Source of the DNA: Amphiscolops sp. MND2022
Taxonomy: Eukaryota
DNA length: 64,000 nt
Direction of reading: 5' to 3'
Assembly (NCBI GenBank): GCA_964187785.1
Contig: OZ076413.1
Coordinates: 59,768,001-59,832,000 of the forward strand
Shown here: in pieces, positions 36,842 to 47,740 of the stretch
Position numbering within the stretch: the first letter of the stretch is position 1
Layout: each line of letters starts with the position of its first letter
Position numbers and translations under genes: made by a program
The notes under the pieces: generated by a model
The model's database searches: none
Seen by the model: the letters and a program-made list of their open reading frames with translations, nothing else
Told to the model about the DNA's origin: nothing

Positions 36842-37335
36842 CGAAAAAATGTGAAATTAGAAGAAGTGCTAAAAAAGTTAGTTGAAAAAACGTTTTGAGA
36901 TTTTATAATAAAATATAAAAATAAAAAAAGTGAATTATTGTAAATGTTACAGAGAAAATTTATTAAATCACATATTTACGCTCGAAAGTGGTTTTCAACA
37001 AAATAATCAGCTACGAATCCAAAAATTGTTGAATTAAAACAATGAAAATATTCCCATTTGAATTATTCACAATGTGAATCATAATCTAAACTCACCCTCT
37101 TTGAGAGTGCGAAAGAAATGTGAAAGTAGAGAAAATTAGAACAAGTGCTGAAACAGTTCGTTGAAAACCAGTTTAATATTTTTATATAAGAGAAAATGAA
37201 GTATTTTGATATATAAGATATAAAGAATTTTCAAAATAAAATATTTTGTCTCAAAAATGGTTTTCATCGAAACAATCAGCTGAGAGACCCTAAATTGTTG
37301 CAATAAAATAGTGAAAATATTCCCATTTAATTCCG
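36842..37335. repeat. Two diverged ~270-bp AT-rich tandem units
   Basis: Shared AATGTGAAA..TAGAA.AAGTGCT, TGGTTTTCA..AATCAGCT and GAAAATATTCCCATTT blocks. Confidence 0.7.
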
Positions 37336-37393
37336 CTGTGAATTTACGCTATTATGTAATCTTCTATTCTCAAGACTCTACCAAGTTTTCCGG

Positions 37394-37663
37394 CAACAAT
37401 TTGAAACATTTCATTAAACGATTTGTTCCTGTTTGAGAATTTGTCAGGCATGTACCGATTGATAGTTTGCACAAACTTTCTTCGATTGTTCCTGGTTCGG
37501 CTGTCCTTTGTTGAATGAAGTTGAATGTTTCAACAATTTGAAACTTTTCATTAATTGATATGTTCCTGTTTGAGAATTTGTCAGACATGTACCGATTGAT
37601 ATTTTGCACAAAATTTCTTCGATTGTTTCTGGTTCGGTTGTCTTTTGTTGAATGGAAGTTGAA
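37394..37663. repeat. 137-bp tandem duplication
   Basis: CAACAATTTGAAAC at 37394 and 37531; units highly similar throughout. Confidence 0.9.
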
Positions 37664-37985
37664 GACAATTAGTGCTTGGCAATCCAGCAGCCTGCATTCT
37701 CCAATGGTACTCTCGGGTATCACTTTTGTCATTAACGATAAGAAACTTGGGAAACAATTCTCCAGAGGCTTATCAATGTCCCGTTCCCTCTGGTAAACAG
37801 TCAACGTCGTGCCTAAACTAATGCACAAGCATTAGTGAAACTGTATTGAACATTTGTTGACGTTCTACCTCAAACTGGCAGATTATAGAAAAGTGGCATA
37901 AGTAGTTGTATTGGCGAATCAATGAGGAATAGCAAAAACAATGAAACAAATTTCTCGCGCTGTGTTTTGACAGGTACGTACTGAA

Positions 37986-38514
37986 CTAAATATACTTATA
38001 ATTACCCAGTTCAAATATGGTCAGAAAACTGAATCCCTTGGCCACACTGTCCTCACAGATTCTAGCCATATGTATTATGCCTGCTGGCATGAATAATGAC
38101 TCCCCGCATGTTATCGTCACTTTAAACACTTGACATTGGACTTTGGGGCTCACTTGGTAGGAAAACCATATCTTTTCTTGCCTTAATGCACCAATTCTTG
38201 AGAAATTTTTGTTTTCGAACTGTTCCAGGAATCACGAGAAATTCTTTTTTACCGTGAACAAGCTGTAAAAGGCGCTGATATTTGTGTAGTCAGCATGCCA
38301 AGGCGTAATGGAATCACTTTGACTGAGGAGAACGTCGCACTGTTTCTCCAGCTCAATATCAAACAAATTAGACACTGAAAGATCTTTAAGGGCTTTTGGC
38401 ACTGCGAAATGCAAATTTTTCGTGAGTGTGGAGTTGACATCGAGGACATTCATTGGGCCGCCCATGGCTCCGAAAATTCTTGCCATACAGTGTTAAACAG
38501 ATGAGTATTTGCAG
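37986..38514 (-). pseudogene. JmjC domain, KDM2/KDM7(PHF8)-like, with at least two frameshifts
   Basis: Frame-corrected translation: FAVPKALKDLS...SDSITPWHADYTNISAFYSL / GKKEFLVIPGT...FLKNW / CQVFKVTITCGESLFMPAGIIHMARICEDSVAKGFSFL. Matches the T-x-F-H-x-D...G-x-K-x-F...IPSGWIH layout. Acceptor TTTCAG precedes 38514. Confidence 0.8.
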
Positions 38515-38889
38515 CTGAAATAGACAGCTAAATGAACACAAACCATGCACTTTAAAGACCTAATGTTTTGATTTTATAATTCGACTTTCCTTGGTGGAAA
38601 TAAAATGAGGAAATCTAAAACGTACATTTACAACTTTGTACATTCGGACAGATAATATTATATCTTCTCCGTATAGGCCATCTTCGAAGATGCTTCTCTA
38701 AGCTCCAAGTTCAATGTTTGGCAATTTTTTGCCATCCATATGGCCTCGGACTTGTCTTGCTCTTTTCCGCCGCAGCTCCTTCTCTATTTCGCTGCTGGTA
38801 ATAGTGGTGCAGCTAACTCTCATCTCGGAAGCGGAACAATCTCTAATCACAACCAACAGCTGATAACGCTCTGCTTCATCCACAAATGC

Positions 38890-39700
38890 AACCAGAGAAT
38901 CTTATTCTTCTTCTGCTGCTGAAATTTGTTCGTTTCTGTCGGAATCTGAAACAAAACCCCTCAATATCACGAGAAAAATTTTGTATTGAAAATAATGGCC
39001 GATGTTGTTCAAATAATTTAAACAAGTATCAGCGGAATCTGTCGTCAAGAAGTAAAAATAGTACATAGTGAAATCGATATGAGTAAAAAACAGGATTTTA
39101 TTGTACTTTGTAGAACTTGTTCTTCTGGGAAATCTTCGGCTGGACCTTTTGAGTCTCCTACAACTACCTTTTGCTGGGGGGCCTCTTCGATGCTGTCGGA
39201 ATCTGGAACAAAAACTGTCAGTATACTGATTAAATTTCTTTCGCCAAGATTGGTGAACGGTTTTTAAATATTTTCGATAAGTATCAGAGGGATCTTTTGG
39301 CAAGTAGTCAAATTAGTATATAGTAAAATCGATATAAGTAAAACAACAGGATTTTATTGTACCTTAGGGAACGTGCCATTACTTCTGTGCTACACCTTCG
39401 TCTTTATCGACAATCTCTCGCTCTTCGTTGCTGTCGGAATCTGAAACAAAAATTGTCACCATCATATTAAAGTTTTTATCGAAACCATTAGTGGACGGTT
39501 TTTGAATGTTTTCGATAAGTATCAGCGGAATCTTTTGGCAAGTAGTAAAATTAGCATATAGTAAAAGCGATATAAGTAAAACAACAGGATTTTATTGTAT
39601 CTTGGGGAACGTGCCTTTCTACTTCGCATCTACACCTCCGTCTTGTTCGACGTTCTCTCCCTCTTCGTTGCTGTCAGATTCTGATTGGTTGTAAACTCGA
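38890..39700 (-). repeat. Four tandem exon+intron cassettes (238-257-bp spacing) encoding acidic DSDS/ESDS peptides
   Basis: CTGTC(G/A)GA(A/T)TCTG anchors at 38936, 39193, 39431, 39671. On the minus strand: ..CAG|ATTCCGACAG exon starts and AAG/AAA|GTACAA donors. Confidence 0.8.
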
Positions 39701-40052
39701 CAATACCTTCTTTTCTGTACCCTTCCTTCTCCTTCTCGAGATTTTCTGCCTTGGTATTTTGGATGCTCGATCTTCTTCCTTGGCGACCCTTTGATCTTCA
39801 TCAGGTCTTAGATGCGATGGTGCAAGACACTTTCTGTTCCCGCCGTCTCCTTTCAGACCAGCTATACTCCCCTGGTTCGTTGCCTTTGCGCTTTATTTGA
39901 AAAACAGCGTATTCTCCTTCAAGGTAAAAGGATTTGTAGTTTTTCTTCAGGCTATGGTAACCAGACTTTTCATTTCACAGTTTTGAATGTTTTCCGCTGA
40001 TGGTTTCAACAAATATCCAGGGTACCATTCGTCCCTTTGTAACTCAAACACT

Positions 40053-40352
40053 TCAGAGTGCAGGTTCTGCCGAGGCAGTGTTGAGCAGTTCTATGGTAGC
40101 TAAAGAACGGTTGTCCGTCTTTTTTGCCACATCCACAGAAACGTCAATGAATTTTGCCCGACTGTAAACTTTTGGTGTGATACAGGTGGAATCTTGCTGG
40201 TGCTCTGCGAGAGATCGTTTACTTAGTGCCCAGTCTTTGTACATGTGCCTCTGACAGGCACACTTTTGGCTGAACTTTTTCCGGCATTCGGAAACATGTA
40301 TTTTGATAATCAACGGTGATAATTTTGTTTTAAAAAACATTCGACATTTCAA
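40053..40352 (-). pseudogene. Exon-like ORF with a degenerate C2H2-finger-like segment
   Basis: HVSECRKKFSQKCACQRHMYKD resembles CxECGKKFSQKSxLQRH but lacks the first Cys and last His. Confidence 0.35.
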
Positions 40353-40505
40353 TTTTCATGTAAGTTATCTGAAAAGATCATCAAGATAACGCCATTTGAA
40401 ACTCGGAAACTCATGGGCTTTTTCAAACTCAGAAATACATGCACCATTCCTTGCAAACTCGGAAAAGGAAAACTTCACTTCCTATTATGCCAATAAGCTG
40501 AAGTT

Positions 40506-40716
40506 CTTTCATACCTCAGTTTTTATCACCTATTCGAACCAAAAATTGAGTAATCACACGTCAGCAGTTATTTGTTATCACAGTTGATTTGGAAAGCGTC
40601 TGTAAATGAGGTCTTTCATAGCTCAGTTTCTATCCTCTATTCGAACCAAAAATTGAGTATTCACACGTCAGCAGTTATTTATCATCACAGTTGATTTAGA
40701 AAGCGTCTGTAAATGA
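40506..40716. repeat. 107-bp tandem duplication
   Basis: CTTTCATA.CTCAGTTT at 40506 and 40613; near-identical units. Confidence 0.9.
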
Positions 40717-42584
40717 TTTCATATTTATCCAAATCTAAGTAGCACATTCGCAAAATTATTAAATCGGTATGTACTTATTTTTCCATACATTATTCTTTTT
40801 CAGAACTATATAACCATAGTGTATGTACAATATACTATGAAGATTTCCCTTTTTCATAGTCGATTGACTAAGTGTCCGTGAATTGGTTCGAGTTTTGATC
40901 GATCAATACGTGGATTGAGCTTTTACCATTCAATCCAAACACTAGCTAGAAAACAGTCTAATTTTACACAACGATGAACCCTCCTCAACCTGGGTAAACT
41001 CTCTCTTACACTGTATTGGGGACTAGCCAGTCTGTCACAAAATCAGTTGCTCTAAAGGAAACGTTGGAATTCGTTTCAACTCCGTTTTGTGTGATAGAAT
41101 AATAAAAACAATCAACAGCGTATGAACGAATGAAGGAGAATTTTGGGAACATACAGTTTCTTGTTTTGAAAGTTCCACAATATGACTCAAAAACAGTTTC
41201 ATCAATTGAATTATTTCTTTGCAATACTTGAAGAAAATCTGAAAGATGTAGTTGGTAAGAATGTTCAGGAAAACGTATATATTGTGTCAGTTTGATTTGA
41301 TTCTGCGAACATTGACAATTTTTGTTTTAAAAAATTCTTCATGCATATGCAAAAACGTTTCCACAAAATTCTTTTGAATAGTCGACAACTTCGGAAAACT
41401 TTAATCTTTTGTTAGTTTTCTAAGCTATTTCTCTAAAATTTTCAAGAGAGTTCGTACCTTAGAAATCCAAAATTGTTCAAGAACACAGAGCACAGTTTTT
41501 TCTGGAAAAAATCCACCATTGGGTGTTAGTAAGCGTCTCGCCAAACGTAACCCCAAAGTATTCCAAAACGTCGAAACAACATAAACTTTGGGTGTTATTA
41601 GTGACTTCTGTGAGAAATTAGAAAACTTTTTGTGCGTTAGCCGGTTCAAAAAACTCCAGAATATTTAACAAGGTGTGCATTAAGGTATTAAAAGCGAATC
41701 TCGCAGTGAGTTTAAAATAAAAATTGTTCTGAAAACCTCTCCAAATGCTTGCAATGCCAGTGTAAATCCACCAACAAACTTGTTATAGTTTGCTTTTCGA
41801 AGTCCCAGATAACGCAGTCATTTCAAGAAACATTAGAAAAAGTGTAAGGAGAATGGATTTCCTTCATTGGCCTTAGTCCAAAATAGTGAGTTCCGAAAAC
41901 GGTCATGATTTGAAAAAATGAGTTGCATGAAGGCTAACACATAAAATTTTGGAGTCCATAAAAGGCCCAGACATTAGAAACTCGAGTCTTCAAAACTTGA
42001 GAATGTCATGCTGCAAAAACCATAGTCCGGAATTTCAGCAAAACCAAACACCAAAGAGCTAGCCCTTTTCCCTCTTCCACTATAACTCCTACGTTTCTTG
42101 TGGAAGCGTTGCTTATTCATGGAAGCGGAAGCGATGTAAGAAAATGGATCTGAAACAGCAGGATTAATTTTACTACATTTTAATGATATTACAACCAATG
42201 TAGAAAGTTCTGCTTTTTTTACTTAGGCGACAGTGGAGTCGAAACCCGCCGCTACACTGGGGGTTACTCATTGCTTCGCTTCAGCTTTTAGGGCCCTCGG
42301 AGTATGTTGACTTAGCCGAGTACGTTATAATAATAATATATTTTCAACGGATTTCAGGCCTCGTTTCCTTTTGAATGAAATCCATTCTATATCAAATTCC
42401 AACCAGGACATCGTTGCAGCCTCGCACTATTGGTCAAATCTTGTACTTCGAAAATCATTACATGCTGCTGAAACGAAATTACCAAGGAATGAGGAGAAAT
42501 CAAACAACAGAGAAATATGCAAAAACTTTTTAGAGGGAGACAGCGCTGATTTAATTACCACCTTAGCTGATTCAAGGTCTACCA

Positions 42585-43200
42585 ATGAACTTTTCAAATA
42601 ATTCCGAACATTCAAAGGAACAATTTCGACCTTTGAGCACCTTAAATGTGAAAACACTTCAGACCCAATATCACACCGTTTTCTTTCGTCATAAAAAGAT
42701 TTCGTCATCTGATGTGTCACTTCAACCTGTAGTTATTAAAAACTTCGAAAGCTGTCTCTTCATGCATCTATACCCTATGCTGAAGCCCCTGCTTCATCTC
42801 GTTCAATAGAGTGTTAGCCAGGGTAGTTCCTGTACATTTCAAAAGCTGATATACATTGAAACTTCATTGAATGCACGCGAGCCGACAAACTGTGTAGTTA
42901 TCGTTTATACTGACGATGCACAAGCGTTCAATAACGATAATTAAAACTCTCCAAATGTTGATTTCGCGCCAATTTATTGAAGCTGCTTGAGCTGTTTCCT
43001 AAAAAGAGTCAACGAAGAGGTCGGGTAAATGTTTTTTCCTTTATAATTCAAGAGAGTAGTGGTTATCCTACGGTTCAATTCAGCCTTTTTAATTTTTTTT
43101 GGATGAACAAAAATGATCTCTCACTGCAGTCTAAAACTTCTCTACCTTTACATTACGCAGATTACGCAAAGTTTGTCATCCTGTAAATGAACAAAAGCTC
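42585..43200 (+). mobile_element. Degenerate non-LTR (CR1/L2-type) reverse transcriptase fragment
   Basis: SLQPVVIKNFESCLFMHLYP..LLHLVQ (RPISL..K.FE..QHGF), VIVYTDDAQAF (D.SKAFD), SGYPTVQF (SGVPQGS), LHYADYAK (YADD). Confidence 0.7.
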
Positions 43201-44339
43201 AAAGTTCGATTAGAGTTGCCTCGAATCAAGAGATGGAGTGATGAACATAAATAGCCTCCTCATGTTAACAAGTATTCCAGTCTTTCATTTCATAACAGCA
43301 ATCTTCATTCCCATTTTGTGGGAAAAAATTAGTCACATTAACATTATAGAAGATCTTGGCATTTTTGATGTCAAGTGGACTATACTTATTAAAACTGCAT
43401 CTTAAAAGCCCCCTGGATGCTCTTTCTGCTGAAGGAGAATTCCTCTTCACCAGCCAAACTGAAATTAAATGAAAAAATTGTTCAATATGATTTAATTCAT
43501 GGTAGCGTATGCTGGTATGCCTGCCGAAGTTGATTGTACAAAATACTTGGAAAAAACTCAGAGAAAATGATTGACAAGAATTGGTTGCTGCAGTAGAAGC
43601 AACTATTAGAAACTGTTACAGCGAAGTTTAAATTAACGCTTTTCTCTGTATCTTCGACTGCAACACCTGTTGATGCTCCGGAAAATGTTTACCAGAAACT
43701 TTGATTTTGATCCTTCAAAGTATGTCTTTTCTAGACAACCAATGACGACAATGCGATCATCAGATGAACTTCCAAACTTCCATTCCAACATGAAAAAGAA
43801 GACTTCACTTGCGCGGACAAAGTTTCTTCTGCCGAACAACGAAATTTATCAAATATGTATCTACCTAGATATATGAATTTTAGTGAAAAAGAAAAATTGA
43901 AACATGTATTGTGTCCTTCCGAGAAAAATCATTAAAAAATTATCAGCTTTACGTGGGAATTAAGAACTGAAACCACAAACAATATATTGAAGATTATCCC
44001 TGTACCTGCTGAAGACTCATCGGATCCATAAATTTTCTACTAAAGAGCAGAATGCAGGATGAAAAAATTGCTTTTTGAGATGAATTTTTCATTTTCTGGT
44101 GTTTCCACGCATTAGGAGTTCCCTGCCACAACTAGTCATTGTATTAAATGTGACACGCTGCTCTGCTTCGCTCCTGAATATATGGCACTGGAAGTATGCG
44201 AATATAGCTTACCTCGTCATATTTTTTAAATTTACGAATGTTTCACATGTTAACATATTTTTGAAAAACTGAAGAAAGCGAATTCAATGGCAGATAAAAT
44301 CAAGAAGTGCTTTGTGATGTTGAACTGTCAATACTTAGG

Positions 44340-44441
44340 TGCACTTGTCTGATTTCTTGTGAGACCCCTTTAGAAGACAGCTGTCAGGCATGGCATCCTC
44401 TCCACAATCACAAGATTGTTCTCGACGACGTAGAGACGAGC
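44340..44441 (+). mobile_element. CR1/L2 LINE RT C-terminal fragment, left flank of element B
   Basis: LVRPL(L)EDSCQAWHPLH...LDDV resembles LVRPHLEYCVQAWSP...LERV; continues at 60215. Confidence 0.75.
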
Positions 44442-46710
44442 TGTCACGACCCGCACCCGGTCGGTGTTCCTACTGTCACGAAGGAATACATAACTGCAAC
44501 AAGGGACTTGGTCATGGGAGAAACTTTTAAAACGTAAGATGTTTAAATTCTACTTAGAGTAGAGCTAAATAACAACCGAAATTTTCACGCAACAAAATAG
44601 ACAGAAGGACGACGTAACGTTTGGTTTGGTCATTTCCAACCTAATGAAACTCCCGGCCTATTGACTTTCCGCGTGACCTTTTTTCACTTCCGGCCTGGTC
44701 GACAGAAAGTTTGCATTCCAATCTAAATAACAAAACAGAAAATAATCTTAAAATGAGAAATTAGTTCTTTGATTCCTCACCCTGGAACGAAAATACCGAG
44801 ACAAAAATTAATCCCGTGGTCAATTCCGAGCTCATACGCTCTAAAATGAAAAATACATACAAAGTAATATAGCTGAGTATACTAGAATAGCTGTCAAAAT
44901 TCACTTAAAATGCATCGGGGCAATTTAAACAAATAATCACAACGTTATTGCTGCGTCAATCAATAAGAGTCCGCAAAGAAAGCTTTATACTCTTACGAAC
45001 CAATAGCAATGCTTCACAGCTAAAAGAGTTTTCCTTACCGCCTTCTCAACGAGATAGCGACGCTGCTAACCAGCCTATATTACCGTGCTCAAAATAGAAC
45101 GAACGATTTAATGACGTGACAATAAATCATTTTGGAATGAACTTTACCAGCAAGTGACGTACCAGCTACGTCACGCAGTTGGTCAGCAACAGTCCACTAA
45201 AATACACACGTCACTGCTGCGTCACAGCTGAAGGTTGAAAATGAACGACAGTTTATCTGTACCGGCTGAAGTGAGAAAATTTTAAACACTTTTGTGCATT
45301 TTGCACACTTTTAGGGAAGCTGTACTGTAAAATAGGAAACCAAATGATCTCAAACTTCAGTGTGTGGTAAAAATCCTTTTTTGAATCGCTACAAAATCCA
45401 AACGAAACGAAATGATTGGAATAAAAATTTGGAAATTACGTTGACCAAAGGAAGCTACAATCTCATTTAGGATGGCATTATTTCAATGGAAATTGCTCAT
45501 TTTTTAAATTTAACATCACAGTGCATGACGTAAGGTCAACGTGTTTTCCTCGAATGGAAAGGTGCAAAATTGCTATTAATTCATTGATACACATGTAATT
45601 AGAATCATTTGCTTTTGCTTTTGCAGTTTTATATTTTTGTTTCACTACTGTTGTAATACTGTGTTAGTTTATACTAAAGGAAGCCTCATGATCTGGCGAA
45701 CTTATGCTCATGAAAGTTCTTTATTATTACGAGTGACTTTCGTCAGACAACAGACAATGTTGTAAATTTTGAATATGTACATCTCAGGCCTCTTAGCATC
45801 TTTTTCCTTATTATTCCCTCAATCTCAAATATGAAATTGATATATTTTTTCGTCTCAATTGCGAGGCTTATATTTTGAGTGTCATGATTTATTCAACAAA
45901 ATTCGATTCCCAAATTCCAGTTAGTTGAACAATTGTTGACGCAGGCGTGCCTTTGCCGCTAAAACAACAGGCCGACTTTTCTTTTGCCGTAATTTTAACT
46001 CTCAAACAGGAAGTGATTAAGGATGAACAAAAATGTTTTCAGAAATAACGACGTAAGCATGGCGCATCTCGGAATTCAAATAACTGATTTGGGAACGCAG
46101 GGTTGAAAAAATCTGAATCACTCAAGATTCCTTATGAACAAACGCGATTTTTAGGATACCTAGGAATTTTTAGGTGAGGAACAAATGATGCTAAGAAGGT
46201 ATAAAGATGTAGACTTTTAGAGTGAGTTCAGTTAATGTTTCTGTTGTTCAACCTGAATATTTGTCGTTTGCAAAACGTAAAACAAAATATTTTCTTCGAA
46301 GAATGCACTATTACCGAAGACTTTCATTCTAAAGATGACAACTAGAAGTCAGTAAAGGAAAACAGCTGAGGAGCTAGTTTCTAGAGACGCAGACACTCCC
46401 ATAACTGGAGTCAATTCTTAGGAAAACATGGTAGAATGTCCCAGTAAATCACCCAGAGTGCAACCTGAAATTTTAGACGAGATAAAAACGTCGCTTAGAA
46501 AAGAGATTATGTCTGATCTTTCAAAAATTCTTACTGAAAACCAATAAGAAATGCAAACATTATTGGCACCTACCACCAAAATTCAAAGTAACCACCTTAG
46601 CGTTGAAAACTCCGATTCTGAAACGGAAATTGCACTTCCTGCCATCACTTCTACATCCGTTAAAAATAAGGCGACCATGCGTAAAAACACCCTGACAGTT
46701 AGTCGTAACA
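44442..46710 (+). repeat. 5' LTR of element B (2269 bp)
   Basis: Direct repeat of 57977-60214; followed immediately by the PBS. Confidence 0.95.
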
Positions 46711-47740
46711 TGGTGACAGGAGTCCTTAACGATTCCACGAATCTGGGGAAAAAGAAAACACGCCCACACCGTCCACAACGCCTGCCACCCAATGAACGTC
46801 CAACAACATCGAGGATACAGTTCGCACCACAAACGGACACCCAACAACTGTCCACCTTACCCCCTTGCCAAAACGGCTTACAGCATCACTACTAGTCTTC
46901 GATGGTAAGTCGGAAAATTTCGAACTCTTTGAAGACCTATTCAGAAACTATATTAAGGTGTATCCACACCTAGCCGAGACACAATAAACAAACTACTTCC
47001 ACTCACTCCTTACTACGGGGCAATGCACTCCAAGCATACTGCAATCTGGATGACGCGAAAGAAGATAATCTCGAAGAGGTAATTACGGCATTCAAACGCC
47101 GTTTTGGAGATTTCCAATCGTCCGCCAAGGCTAGATGTGAGTGGGACGCGCTACATTTCGACCCAACCAAACAAAAACTCCAGAAATTTCTGGATGTATT
47201 GCAAAAGACTGCAAAAGAAGTGTTTGGTTCAGAGGCACAAAAATTGATCGACCGAGCGATATACGCAAAAATGCCGGACCACGTCAAAAAGATCCTCAAT
47301 CGGGCCTACCTAGAGGACAAACCATATAATGATATAGTCCTACACCTCGAACGGGAGATGCGTCTCAATGGACTGGGCGCCCCTGATGAAACAACATTAG
47401 TACCACTAATTTCGGTTGACCCAGCCTCACAGGAAGTCAAGAAAGAACCGAATCAGAGAGGAAATTGCTTTTACTGCGGCAAAGAGGGCCACTACAAAGC
47501 ACAGTGCCGTAAGCTGAAAAAATATAGGTACTACGAGATTGAAACGCAAAATGGCGCCTCCAAAACAACTGAACCCCGAAACCGAAAGGTGACACTTGCG
47601 GGAAAACCCACAAGACAGAAAACTGCTGGAATTGTGCAAACGCGGCAAACGACCCCAGAAAACGACGACACGAGTTCGCAATACCCACAAATCAAATAGC
47701 TGACAAACCAATCCCGACCATAGAAATTCAGTCAAAAAAC
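46335..47740 (+). pseudogene. gag: Gag of element B, including the 125-codon LTR-encoded N-terminus; disrupted
   Basis: ATG 46335 is in frame with the ATG formed at 46710 (MVTG). VFDGKSENFELFEDLF, HLEREMRLNGL, CFYCGKEGHYKAQC. Several stops and frameshifts. Possible slippery AAAAAAC at 47734-47740. Confidence 0.88.

Noticed and set aside
11505-40716. Regularly spaced repeats considered as CRISPR arrays (33-, 61-, 101-, 107-, 137- and ~240-bp periods)
   Set aside because: Whole units are homologous, with no constant repeat plus unique spacer pattern and no cas genes; the context is eukaryotic.
42230-42270. B-box-like GGGTTTCGACTCC on the minus strand
   Set aside because: No A-box or cloverleaf.
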